DNA of 64,000 nt from Candidatus Latescibacterota bacterium. GTDB lineage: Bacteria; Latescibacterota; UBA2968; UBA8231. The translations under genes and the position numbers were made by a program. The notes beneath the pieces are model-generated. The model worked only from the letters and a program-made list of their open reading frames with translations, searched no databases and had not been told where the DNA came from. Position 1 is the stretch's first letter. Each line of letters starts with the position of its first letter. Positions 8,369 through 17,589 of the stretch are shown here, piece by piece. The DNA lies in the NCBI GenBank assembly GCA_965217585.1, contig OZ244561.1, positions 4,384,001 through 4,448,000 on the forward strand, in the 5' to 3' direction.

Positions 8369-11066
8369 TATACACCTTGAAAAAGTACTCTATATAGCCC
8401 GCCGACGGACGCAACGAGCCGGAGAATTCGGTAAAAGTCCGAAAAAATCCCATGAGAATGGTCAGGTCATAGCCGCTGTAATTGCTCCTGTTCTGCAGAA
8501 AACCAGTATAGGTATTTTTGCGGAAATCGCGTTCGGGGTTGGCCGGATCAATAGAGCGCTCGGGCAGCAAGGGGAAGCCTTGGACGCCCGTCTTGAGGAG
8601 GGTATTGGGCGTTATGCTGTAGTCGACTTGCAAAATCGGGATCAGCCGGCGCGTCTGGCTGTCGGGGATCTGGCGATCGGGAAATTTGCTGCGCCGGTAC
8701 GTGTGCTTAAAGCGCGGCACAATTTTAAAGCGCTGCCAGTTATAGGTGTAGTCTATCTTGTTGGCTATGGCAAAGTGTGTAATGGTCCCCGGCGATGCCA
8801 GCAGGGGATCGGCCGCGGCTTTGTCGCTCAGATCGACATGCTTGAAGGTGGCGATAGTGCGGATGTTCATCCCGGGCACGGTCCACAGGCCCCACTCGAC
8901 ATAGGTCAGATTGTCGATTGCGTCGCGGTTCTCGAGCAGATCCTGCTGCAGCGAACTCTGGTTGCCAAAGTTGAAAACCGTATTGGGGATGCCGTCTTGC
9001 ACCCACTTGATCCGGTGGTTGGCGCGCACATAACCCAGATCCTGCCAGTCGCGCTGGTACTGGCCCTCGATGTATTCGGCGTCGCTGTCCAATCCCAGGG
9101 TGGGCTGTTCCATCCGGTACGCGCCCAGGCGCAATTGGGCGTGTGAGGTCGGATTGTACCTGAGAAAAGCGTGGAAACCGCGGTGGTCGAGCGGGTACAT
9201 ATAGTCCGCGAGATTGTCGTTCTCCCTGAGGTCGGGCATACCGTTGTTGTTGAAGTCGTCGCCAAAAGACAAATCGGGCGACTCCACGTGGTACTGCAGA
9301 AAAGGCGAGCCCGAGCCCGTGGCCGCAAAATCGAGAATGCCGTCGCCGTCGAGATCTAGGCCCGGAAAAACGCCGTGGCCCACGCCTTGGGAATCGAAGT
9401 AGGGATCAAAGGGATCGTTGTGCTCCAACTCGTCGGGCCAATCGTCGAGATCGTCGTTGTCTTCGACTAGGGCAAAAGGCTGGTACAGCCTGCCGCCCAC
9501 AGTTGGCCCCGCGCCCGAGCTCTGGAATATGGGGAATTCCGTATTGTAGTCGTCCGGCATGTCGAACCACTCACCGCCCGCGTCGACCCGGTCGTGCAGA
9601 GACTTGAGCACATTGAAGTAAAAGACCGAAGAATCGCGCTCCCGGCGCTTGCCCCGGTCGGTGGGCATTTTGAGGTGGTTCGTGCTGCGGGCAAATTCGC
9701 CCTTGATCTCAAAGCCGAGGATCTGGGCATCGAAATCCAGGCCCATGATGCTCAAACCCGTGGGAAAACCGTAGCCGAAGCGCACCTGGCGCAGATTCGA
9801 TCTGTTGCTCGGATGACCCTCCGCCCGCAGAGCGTGGTGCCAATCGTAGTAGAAGTCCTCCTCGCCCGAGGCCAGGAAGGGCACCTGCACCGCGCCGACG
9901 ACATCAACGCTGTAGTCGTCGGCCAGGAGGGCTTCAAATTCGATGTCAGAGACCGTATCCGGCACAGCGAATTGGTAAAAGACCACATCGGCACCGCTGG
10001 CCCGCAGCGGCGCACCTCGGGTGGGCGGGCGCACCTCTCGGGCTATGTCTTCCAACACGGCGGCGAAAAAGGGCCGATTGCTGGCCTCAACCACGGGTTG
10101 CAGCCAGGACTGGTTGCGCCGCAGATAGTCGATTTCGTTGGGCTTGATCTGGATCGTGCTGGTCAGGTCCGGCGTTATGGTGAGCCTGTTGATGAGCTGG
10201 TCGATACGCGCCACCCGCAGCGGCTCGACCAAGACGCCGTCGGCCCGCATGACCACTTGGTGGATCTCCGCCCCTGCGAAAGAATCGTTGGGCGCGTCGT
10301 CGGCAAAGAAGACGAATACGGTTTTCAAGCCGCCCTGGACCAGCCCGGGGACCGCGCCTTTCAAGCCGTTGATCTTGTCCGAAGCTTCCGAATCAAAGCG
10401 GTGCGTATTGACAAAGGTCGTGCCGAGGCGCAAAAAATCGCCTATGCGGCTCTGCCAATGTCCGCCAAAGAGCGAGGTGCCGAAAACGCGGAAATTCTGC
10501 ACGGCGTCGTCGGGGGCCAAGGAGCCGGTGCGAAATTCGAGGGGGTTGGTCAGGTGGGCGGCGACCATGCTAAAGCTGCTCTTGCGCGACGAGCCGTCCC
10601 AGCGGATGCCGTTGAAGCGGGGCAAGTTCAGGGTCATGGGCGTGAAATATGTCCGCACGTGGTCGCCGATGATTAGGCGCGTCGACCAGCGGCCAAAGCC
10701 CTCTTCGGCCATGACGAGCTTGTTGAAAAATCCGTCGTACCGACCGCTGCGCGATTCAAAGCTGCCCCTGACTCCAGGCGCGTCGCGGCGCACTTCGCTG
10801 AATTCGAGGATATCGACGCCGTCGATGAGCAAATCGCCAAAGAGATCAAAGCGGCGGTTCTCCTCCTCGAGGTCGTAGTTCCGGTACCCGGCCCCGCCGT
10901 AGTTCTCAAATACCTCGTTGGCCCATAGCGAGCGAAAATCCCGCGACAGGAACTGGCTGCGAGCCTCCTCGGCGGTCAGGGTCAGGCAGAGCAGAAAGAC
11001 AGAGAAAGCACGCATAGGCTCGACGAATCTCTCAGTTGCGGCACCAATAGCTGTTGTACCAAACAC
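8361..11066 (-). CDS. Large secreted/outer-membrane protein of unknown function, paralogue 3 (true start may be ATG 11015)
   Basis: 901-aa ORF; signal-like MRAFSVFLLCLTLTA; motifs RTYFTPMT, VEDNDDLDDWPD, GVFPGLDLDGDG, RENDNLADYMYP; C-terminal strand YIEYFFKVYIG. Confidence 0.8.
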   Translation of the reverse strand: MFGTTAIGAATERFVEPMRAFSVFLLCLTLTAEEARSQFLSRDFRSLWANEVFENYGGAGYRNYDLEEENRRFDLFGDLLIDGVDILEFSEVRRDAPGVRGSFESRSGRYDGFFNKLVMAEEGFGRWSTRLIIGDHVRTYFTPMTLNLPRFNGIRWDGSSRKSSFSMVAAHLTNPLEFRTGSLAPDDAVQNFRVFGTSLFGGHWQSRIGDFLRLGTTFVNTHRFDSEASDKINGLKGAVPGLVQGGLKTVFVFFADDAPNDSFAGAEIHQVVMRADGVLVEPLRVARIDQLINRLTITPDLTSTIQIKPNEIDYLRRNQSWLQPVVEASNRPFFAAVLEDIAREVRPPTRGAPLRASGADVVFYQFAVPDTVSDIEFEALLADDYSVDVVGAVQVPFLASGEEDFYYDWHHALRAEGHPSNRSNLRQVRFGYGFPTGLSIMGLDFDAQILGFEIKGEFARSTNHLKMPTDRGKRRERDSSVFYFNVLKSLHDRVDAGGEWFDMPDDYNTEFPIFQSSGAGPTVGGRLYQPFALVEDNDDLDDWPDELEHNDPFDPYFDSQGVGHGVFPGLDLDGDGILDFAATGSGSPFLQYHVESPDLSFGDDFNNNGMPDLRENDNLADYMYPLDHRGFHAFLRYNPTSHAQLRLGAYRMEQPTLGLDSDAEYIEGQYQRDWQDLGYVRANHRIKWVQDGIPNTVFNFGNQSSLQQDLLENRDAIDNLTYVEWGLWTVPGMNIRTIATFKHVDLSDKAAADPLLASPGTITHFAIANKIDYTYNWQRFKIVPRFKHTYRRSKFPDRQIPDSQTRRLIPILQVDYSITPNTLLKTGVQGFPLLPERSIDPANPERDFRKNTYTGFLQNRSNYSGYDLTILMGFFRTFTEFSGSLRPSAGYIEYFFKVYIG

Positions 11067-11071
11067 ATCCG

Positions 11072-13201
11072 CTAATAGGCCAATCCCACCACTCCGGTTA
11101 CAATTTCATCGTCGGGGTCCAGATCGACGATGACGCGGTAGAGGTATAGCCCTGGCGACAACAATTCCCCGCTGTCCGAGCGCCCATCCCAGCGGCCCGG
11201 CAACGGCCTCCCCCCACTCCCGATCGGGGCGTACAGGCCGGCGTCCAACGACTGGCCGGGTAGGGTGCGCACCAACCTGCCGCCCAAATCGTACAATTCG
11301 ATATAGACTCGGCCCCCCTTAACGCGTGCCAGGGTGAAGCCCAGCACCACCTCGTCATTGATTCCATCGCCGTTGGGGGTGAACACCTTGGGATGGGCCT
11401 CGACATCGGCGAGAATGGGCAATTTGAAGTCAATGGTCACCGCGGTCAGCGAATATTCGCGTTCAGTGTCGGGATCAACGCCCTCGAGCGGCTGCACCAA
11501 AAAGGGCGAAGTGGACTCCGGGGCGAAAACCAGTCCCTGGAAATTGTGGGTAGCAGCCAGCATGCGGGTGGTGAAGGGAATGAGTAGATCGGCGTCGGCA
11601 CCGATGGGCGGGTCAAAGGCTATGATCAGGGAATCGTTAGTCGCGTACGTATTGGCCGCGTCAATGGCGGTTCTGTCCACCCCCTCTATGCCGTCCATGT
11701 CCAGGCGCGCCGGCCACGGCGTCAGGATGGCCAGACGCGACACTCCCGCGTCGTCATCGCCAAAGCGGAGCACGAGCGAATAAGTGAAGGTCGTATCTAC
11801 GCCAATGGGCACTTCCAGCGGTACCACTGCGGCCAGGGCCTCGGCTGCAGCCAAATTGCCCGTATTGAAAGACACCTCTAGGCTGTCGAGGCGCGGACCG
11901 CTGGCCAGTTCGCCGGTCGCCATGCGCACCTGGTACTGGAAGAAGCGCCGCGGTTCGGGGACATTGGGCAGAATTTCCCGCTCCCGGCTCCAGGGCGACC
12001 AATCGCTCCAAGTCTCCCCGTCGCTGCCGCTGCGGAAGCGCAGATCCATCTCGGCTTTGGGCGGGACATCCCCGTACCAGCGCACTCGCCCGAAGTCCTT
12101 GTTGTCCTCTAGGCCAAAATCCAGCGGCGGCGACAGGTACGTCCCCTGCTCAACCACACCTTCGCCGAAGACTTCGATCTCGCCTACCCGGGGGTTTGAG
12201 TTGCGATTGGCAAACTCGGTCACCACTAGGCGTACAAAGCGCACCGGCGTGGTGGGAAAGAAGACCTCGGTCTCTTGGAATTCGGTGATCTGGTTGCGCG
12301 CCGCCACATCGAGGAAGCTGACCCCATCCTTGCTCACCAAGATGCTGTACCCGCGCAACGAGTGTTCCTCCCAGGTCAGCCGCGACGGCGGCTGGGTGAG
12401 CACTCGCACCCGGTTGACCGGGAAGAGGCGGCCCATATCGATCTCGACCTCCTGCAGCAGGGCGCTGACCCCTTTGCGGAAAGTCACCGGGGTGTTGACG
12501 CTTCCGTCGACGAGCTTGGGTTCGTCCGAGAAGGTGTTGAAGGCGAGATTCTCGCCCTCCAGCGAGCGCAGTTGCAAACCGCCCCCGCTGGGATCCATAT
12601 CGCCGGGAAAACCGGCTAGACTCTGGGCCCGCGTCAGATCGAGGTCGGCAAATTCGGCAAAATCGCTCGGGTCGAGACTGCTGGCTTGGGAGGGCAACCA
12701 CCTGACCTCCAGACCGTCCTCCTCGTGTTGGGCCAGTTTGTTCTGCTTGATCTCGGTCCAATCGGCTCCTTCTTCGTTGGGCAGCGGGAAACCCGTCCAG
12801 AACCACGGCGTTATGCGATCCGTGGGCGAACTGACGAACTGCACGTCCTCTGCATCGATCACCAGGAAAAAACCGTATTCGGGCCGCGTGCCGCTGTACT
12901 CCACCGCCACCGCAATGATATTGGCCCGCCGCTTAAAAGAGGCCTCCCACGTCTCCACGGTCGTCGGATCGTCGTCAGTGCCCACCAGATCGCCATTGAG
13001 GTACAGGGCGTACTTACCGCCGGCGGCAATGCGCATCTCGCCATCTGCCTTGGCGGCGAATTCAGCGTAGCCCAGATAATAGGAAGTAGCGGGAAAAGTA
13101 CTGATGGTAGTGCGTTCTTGCGCGGCGAGATGGCCTGGCAGCATCAACAAGGCCGCTCCGACTACGAGCCACTTTAAACTCTTCGCTTGTGTTACGCTCA
13201 C
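11072..13201 (-). CDS. Secreted protein with discoidin (F5/8 type C)-like domain and C-terminal CHU_C/FlgD Ig-like domain
   Basis: Signal peptide; EIDMGRLFPVNRVRV...YSILVSKDG...VRFVRLVV...EIEVFG discoidin pattern; C-terminal PKVFTPNGDGIND...WDGRSDSGELLSPGLYLYRV. Confidence 0.8.
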   Translation of the reverse strand: MSVTQAKSLKWLVVGAALLMLPGHLAAQERTTISTFPATSYYLGYAEFAAKADGEMRIAAGGKYALYLNGDLVGTDDDPTTVETWEASFKRRANIIAVAVEYSGTRPEYGFFLVIDAEDVQFVSSPTDRITPWFWTGFPLPNEEGADWTEIKQNKLAQHEEDGLEVRWLPSQASSLDPSDFAEFADLDLTRAQSLAGFPGDMDPSGGGLQLRSLEGENLAFNTFSDEPKLVDGSVNTPVTFRKGVSALLQEVEIDMGRLFPVNRVRVLTQPPSRLTWEEHSLRGYSILVSKDGVSFLDVAARNQITEFQETEVFFPTTPVRFVRLVVTEFANRNSNPRVGEIEVFGEGVVEQGTYLSPPLDFGLEDNKDFGRVRWYGDVPPKAEMDLRFRSGSDGETWSDWSPWSREREILPNVPEPRRFFQYQVRMATGELASGPRLDSLEVSFNTGNLAAAEALAAVVPLEVPIGVDTTFTYSLVLRFGDDDAGVSRLAILTPWPARLDMDGIEGVDRTAIDAANTYATNDSLIIAFDPPIGADADLLIPFTTRMLAATHNFQGLVFAPESTSPFLVQPLEGVDPDTEREYSLTAVTIDFKLPILADVEAHPKVFTPNGDGINDEVVLGFTLARVKGGRVYIELYDLGGRLVRTLPGQSLDAGLYAPIGSGGRPLPGRWDGRSDSGELLSPGLYLYRVIVDLDPDDEIVTGVVGLAY

Positions 13202-13854
13202 GTTGGACTACCTCGTTTTTTCGGGTGAATACAGACGGACGCCGACTTTAAGCGCGACAATATCGCCCGCAGTAATGCACTCTCTCGATGAGGGCCTCAA
13301 GTTACGCTCTCGAGAAGTAGATGTCAAACAAATTTGAGGGAACGACCTAAGTACACGATAGTAATCTAAGTTGTGGTGTAGCCCCGATTTAGGTTTATTT
13401 GCAATCCTCACCCACCACCGTATCGACCTAATCAGTCAAAGCCGCTCTTTTGCGGGTAGTCTCCGAGTTTTGACAGGGAAAGGAGCATTTATACAGTGAC
13501 GGAACTGATGGGGCAGCAGAGTTATTGGCCGAAGCGTTGGACTCCTATCCGAATCGGCATCCTGAACGAGCGGGGACCTAATCTTGCGCTGGTAGGCTCG
13601 CACGCCAATCTGATCACGGCAGCGATGTTTCTCACGGGCATGGCGGCCAATCCGATGGTGGCGAAGACAGCCAACGCGGTGTTTGGCGTCACCTTTGATT
13701 GGGGAACGTGGGCACTTGGATCGTTGGTTCCGGGACTCGTCGGACTAGCTCTGTTGCCGGTATTTATCTTTTTTCTAGCAAAGCCGACACTGACGGACAC
13801 TCGTGAAGCGCAGGCGGTCGCGCAAAGGGAACTTGAGGAGATGGGTAGGTGGAG

Positions 13855-14030
13855 CAGGGGCGAAAAGATTGTAAGCCACTGTCAGCTAAAGCAGACAGCT
13901 TTCACGGACTACGCTTGAGATCCCTTCCTCTACGTTAGCGTCCGTAGGCCAGCATCTGGCCCTTTTCAAGATGTTTCTGGCCGCGTTGACATCGCGGTTT
14001 AATTCGCATCCACAGGAGCATTTGTGCACA
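13855..14030 (-). ncRNA. Predicted TnpB omegaRNA (right-end RNA); guide would be the flanking AATCTTTTCGCCCCTG
   Basis: Inferred from established TnpB biology: the scaffold overlaps the tnpB 3' end and right-end hairpin, and the guide is the sequence just outside the right end. Boundaries are approximate. Confidence 0.55.
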
Positions 14031-15204
14031 CGAACGGCCAAAGACTTCCTCGCCCAAGCATCGCATTGAGAGCACTGCTGAGAGGTGTTCTTAGGGTCAA
14101 TAGCTACAAGCTGGCAACCAGCACTTTCAGCCTTGTAACCGATCATAGCTTTGAACATCCCAAGTCCTGCATCAGCAGCGGATCGAGCGAGTGTTTTGCT
14201 TTGGGTCATAAAAGCCAGCGGCAAGTCTTCAATCGCTATCAGCGCATAGTCTTGGGTCAGCTTGTGAGTCAGCCGATGCCAAAAGTCTTTGCGCTGCTGT
14301 TTGATTTTGTCGTGCAGACGGGCGACTTCGTATTTGGACTCGTAAAAGCGATTAGAGCCTTTCTTTTTTCGCGACAGAGACCTTTGAGCGACTCGAAGTT
14401 TGGCAAGCGAACGCTTCAACCAGCGAGGGTTTTCAATGAGGGTGCCGTCCGACAAAGCCAACAGAGAATTTAGTCCCATGTCGATTCCAACGGCGAGACC
14501 AGACTTCAGCGACTTAGGCTCTTGGCCGTCGTCACCGAGAAAGCAGACATACCAACGTCCCAATCGCTGAGTAAGGACGACCTGCTTGAGCATGCTTTCA
14601 GGAATATTCCGATGCAGCTTGACCTTAATGAGGCCAACATGCTGGACGTAGAGCTTGTCGTCCGAGAGCTTGCATCCGTCCCCGTGCCGATACTCAAGGG
14701 AGCGAAAACGCTTGAAGGGCTTGAAGCGCGGAAATCCTGGCTTTTTGTCGTCTGGGTGCGGCTTTTTCAGTCTGCGAAAGAAGGCTTGCATCGCTTTGTC
14801 TTGGCGACGAAGAAGCTGTTGGACTTGAGTTGCATTCAAGAGACCAAAGTCTTCGGGCCGCTCTTTTCTGTCGGCCTTAAAGCGACTCCAGAGGGAGACA
14901 AAGTTGAGCGTTTGTCCCTTAGTCCGATAGGCTTTCTTGCGAACATCCAACGCCTCGTTGTAGAGGACGCAAGACTGGTACCGGAGGACGTTGAGAAGGT
15001 CGTCCTGCTCTTGAGTTGGATAAAGCCTAAATCGGTATGCCCGTTGCATGACTATAATGTCTAAAGTTGACACAACCGCCTCAAGAGCTAATCAATGTTT
15101 GGACGTGCTTTTTTTGGCTTTTCTTCAAGGAGCACTTCGGCCCCGTCAGAAAAGCCCCTCCTATCCCCCTGCCAGCTAAAGCAAGCAGTCCCCCGGAGAC
15201 AATT
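13871..15204 (-). mobile_element. IS200/IS605-family element carrying tnpB only (non-autonomous, IS1341-like)
   Basis: Related subterminal hairpins at both ends (minus strand CTGCTTGC-TTTA-GCTGGCAG and CTGTCTGC-TTTA-GCTGACAG); right end terminates in TTAC; no TSD; removing 13871-15204 rejoins GAA AAG ATT|ATG (EKIM) of the host gene; no tnpA. Confidence 0.85.
13886..15049 (-). CDS. tnpB: RNA-guided endonuclease TnpB
   Basis: MQRAYRFRLYPT HTH start; RuvC motifs VGIDMG, IAIEDL and NRDVNAARNI; Zn finger CSQC...CSCG. All three catalytic acidic residues are present. Confidence 0.95.
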   Translation of the reverse strand: MQRAYRFRLYPTQEQDDLLNVLRYQSCVLYNEALDVRKKAYRTKGQTLNFVSLWSRFKADRKERPEDFGLLNATQVQQLLRRQDKAMQAFFRRLKKPHPDDKKPGFPRFKPFKRFRSLEYRHGDGCKLSDDKLYVQHVGLIKVKLHRNIPESMLKQVVLTQRLGRWYVCFLGDDGQEPKSLKSGLAVGIDMGLNSLLALSDGTLIENPRWLKRSLAKLRVAQRSLSRKKKGSNRFYESKYEVARLHDKIKQQRKDFWHRLTHKLTQDYALIAIEDLPLAFMTQSKTLARSAADAGLGMFKAMIGYKAESAGCQLVAIDPKNTSQQCSQCDAWARKSLAVRVHKCSCGCELNRDVNAARNILKRARCWPTDANVEEGISSVVRESCLL

Positions 15205-15588
15205 ATGGATTGGTGGTTTGCTGACTATGGCGAGAAGCCTCAAAGAGCACGGGTTCATTGATTGGTTTGCCCAGGCTGTCGGCGCACATTGCCGCGATGG
15301 GTACTGTGTTTTTAGCGGTGGCACTAGGCGCGGGGGCACCGGCGATGCTCACGGTCGCCATATTCGCATATTTTTCTAATCTCTGTGGGTGTACAACCAA
15401 CTACTCGACGGGGCCGGTGATTATCTACTTTGGTTTAGATTATGTATCACCTAGAAGGTGGTTCGCTAACGGTTTTTTGGTGTCGCTGTATCATCTGGTA
15501 ATTTGGTTGGGTGTCGGGCTGGTCTGGTGGAAGATGCTTGGTTGGTGGTAGTTGGGATTGAGCCGCAGGGTAGAGTACCTCGACGTTC

Positions 15589-16660
15589 CTAAATCCATTT
15601 GTATTCGCTCACGTCGATATCGAATCGCTTCGCCGTCTCTCGCATGTCCGCCAGCGTCACGTGATTGAGAGGGATTCCCTTTGCACGATACTCGGCGCGG
15701 CGAATCGCTTCTAGCTCGCCCGGGGCGTACACTCGGTCAAAACCGGGAGCGAGCCGGCAGTCGTGGATCTGCTGGATGGCGGTGTCCACTCTTGACTTGA
15801 AGCGTTCGACGTCCTCGAAGGAGGCGATGTGGATAGCGGCGACGAAGTGGCCGTCTGCGCCGGGGGTTGGCCCGTCTTCGATGCTGCCCAGTTCGGTCCC
15901 GTAGCTGGCACCGGAAAGCATGGATGCAAGGATGCCCATAATCATCGACAGCCCAGCCCCTTTGAACCCTCCGATGGGGGCTAGTAGGCCGTTGATCGCC
16001 ACCTTGGGATCGGTCGTCGGCTGGCCTTCCCGGTCTAGTGCCCATCCCTCGGGCAGGCGCATCCCTTTCTGTTCGTAGATCCGAATTTTTCCGTGGGAAG
16101 ACCCGCTGAATGCGGCGTCGTACACGATGGGAGCCATCTTCCCCGCTGGTACGGAGAACGCAATCGGATTGATGCCCAAGATCCGCTCGGCACCTCCCCA
16201 GGGTGCCATCGTCGGCAGCGCATTTGTGGTGGCGATTCCGATCATGTCGTGCGGCAGCGCCATGCGGGCGAAATACGCCATGGCCCCGCAATGATTGCTG
16301 CCGCGAATGGCTCCGGCTGCGATGGCCGGTCTTCGCTGCCTTGCTAATCACCTCCCGCATGGCCCAGGTCGTGCCGATCTGGCCCATTGAATTGCGTCCA
16401 TCCACGACGACGAACGAGGGGCCTTCACCGACGACTTCGGGCTTTGCCGTTGGATTCACGCCCTGAGTGGTCAGCTTCTCCACGTACTCGGGCACCCGCA
16501 GGACGCCGTGCGAGTGAGTTCCGCACAGATCCGCGTACACGAGCGAATCGGTCAGCAGGGCGGCGTCCGCTTGCGACATACCGCACCGCTCGAAAATGGT
16601 GGCTACCAACTCCAGTAGCTCTTCTACGTCCACGCGGGTTTCTTCGTCGAATTCGTTCAT
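15589..16660 (-). pseudogene. Ldh_2-family (malate/L-lactate/ureidoglycolate dehydrogenase-like) oxidoreductase with a +1 frameshift
   Basis: N-terminal part (ADLCGTHSHGVLRV) and C-terminal part (HCGAMAYF, GINPIAF, GGFKG) are in different frames; removing one C at ~16326 restores KTGIAAGAIRGSNHCG. Confidence 0.75.
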
Positions 16661-16661
16661 G

Positions 16662-17495
16662 CTATCCTTCTTGCGCCGCTTGCGTAATCGCCGCGATTTT
16701 ATCGGCAAAGCGCACTTGGCTGTCGTCTTGAGGTGCGTAGCCGATTACGCGCCGGGCATTGGCCAAGCTCCAGAAGTTGTGCGCGTTGCCGCTGATGCCG
16801 TAGAAAATCTGGAAGGGTACGCCGTTGGCGTCGCGGATATCTTCGGTCTCAATGCTCTTGACTACCAGTTGCACTTGGTCGCGCACGCTCAGATAGGCTC
16901 CCAAGCCTCGGTGCATTTGCTGTAGATCGTTGCCGCAGCCGTCGATGTCGGTCTCGCGAGGACCGCCGATGCGCAATTGCACATTTTCCAGGGCTGGCCC
17001 TTCCTTACCGCAGGCGAACATGAAGCCCAGCAGTTCATACGAAGCCTTGGCCCAGCCGTAGAAATTGTCCGAGAGGGGCAGCATGTCGGGTGTGACGAAG
17101 TCCATGCGTCCCGACCAGATCAAATTTTCGTAGTAGTCGGCTGCGTGGTTGGAGCTGATGATCACGGCCCGCCGCACGCCTTCGTCTTGGCAGACTCGGT
17201 ACACATTGTGGGCCATGGTGATATTGTTGGTCTCATTCCAGAAGCGCTGTTCGCCCTGCCCGGTTGAGATAAAGCCACAGTGGACTACCGCGTCGGCTCC
17301 TCTGAAGTGTTCCCGATAGGCATCGCGATCTTTTTCTTCTAGATCGGCGATGTGGATTCCTGCGACTTCTTCACCTTGGCGATTGGTCGTTTTCACATCC
17401 AAGAGAACGGTTTCGTAGCGTTCCTTTAGGGCCGGCAACATGCGGCCGGCGACGTACCCGGATGCACCGGTGACGACGATTTTGCGTTTGGTCAT
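16662..17495 (-). CDS. NAD-dependent epimerase/dehydratase family protein (uronate dehydrogenase-like)
   Basis: VTGASGYVA Rossmann motif, SSNHA, YGWAK catalytic motif. Confidence 0.85.
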   Translation of the reverse strand: MTKRKIVVTGASGYVAGRMLPALKERYETVLLDVKTTNRQGEEVAGIHIADLEEKDRDAYREHFRGADAVVHCGFISTGQGEQRFWNETNNITMAHNVYRVCQDEGVRRAVIISSNHAADYYENLIWSGRMDFVTPDMLPLSDNFYGWAKASYELLGFMFACGKEGPALENVQLRIGGPRETDIDGCGNDLQQMHRGLGAYLSVRDQVQLVVKSIETEDIRDANGVPFQIFYGISGNAHNFWSLANARRVIGYAPQDDSQVRFADKIAAITQAAQEG

Positions 17496-17589
17496 GGGGT
17501 CTTCCTAAGCTGTGGGTTTAGTTGAAGGTTTTGGTTAATTGACGGCTGGCGCGGTTGATTTGGCGATATAGGTATTCAAGCGAGCGCGG

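Larger units (their letters stand above)
13575..15551 (+). pseudogene. DASS-family (CitT/2-oxoglutarate-malate translocator-like) transporter remnant, interrupted by an IS and internally deleted
   Basis: Recognisable pieces ITAAMFLTGMAANP...MGRWSRGEKI | WIGGLLTMARSLKEHGFIDWF | SAHIAAM...TNYSTGPVIIYFG...WWKMLGWW lie in different frames; the N-terminal half is missing; the start coordinate is approximate. Confidence 0.8.

Noticed and set aside
3349-12806. Long alternative-frame ORFs (e.g. 3349-4716, 5417-7138, 9594-10676, 11784-13070)
   Set aside because: Shadow ORFs of well-supported genes in high-GC DNA; no motifs or RBS.
15053-15072. TATAAT and TTGACA hexamers upstream of tnpB
   Set aside because: Wrong order, spacing and strand for a tnpB promoter.
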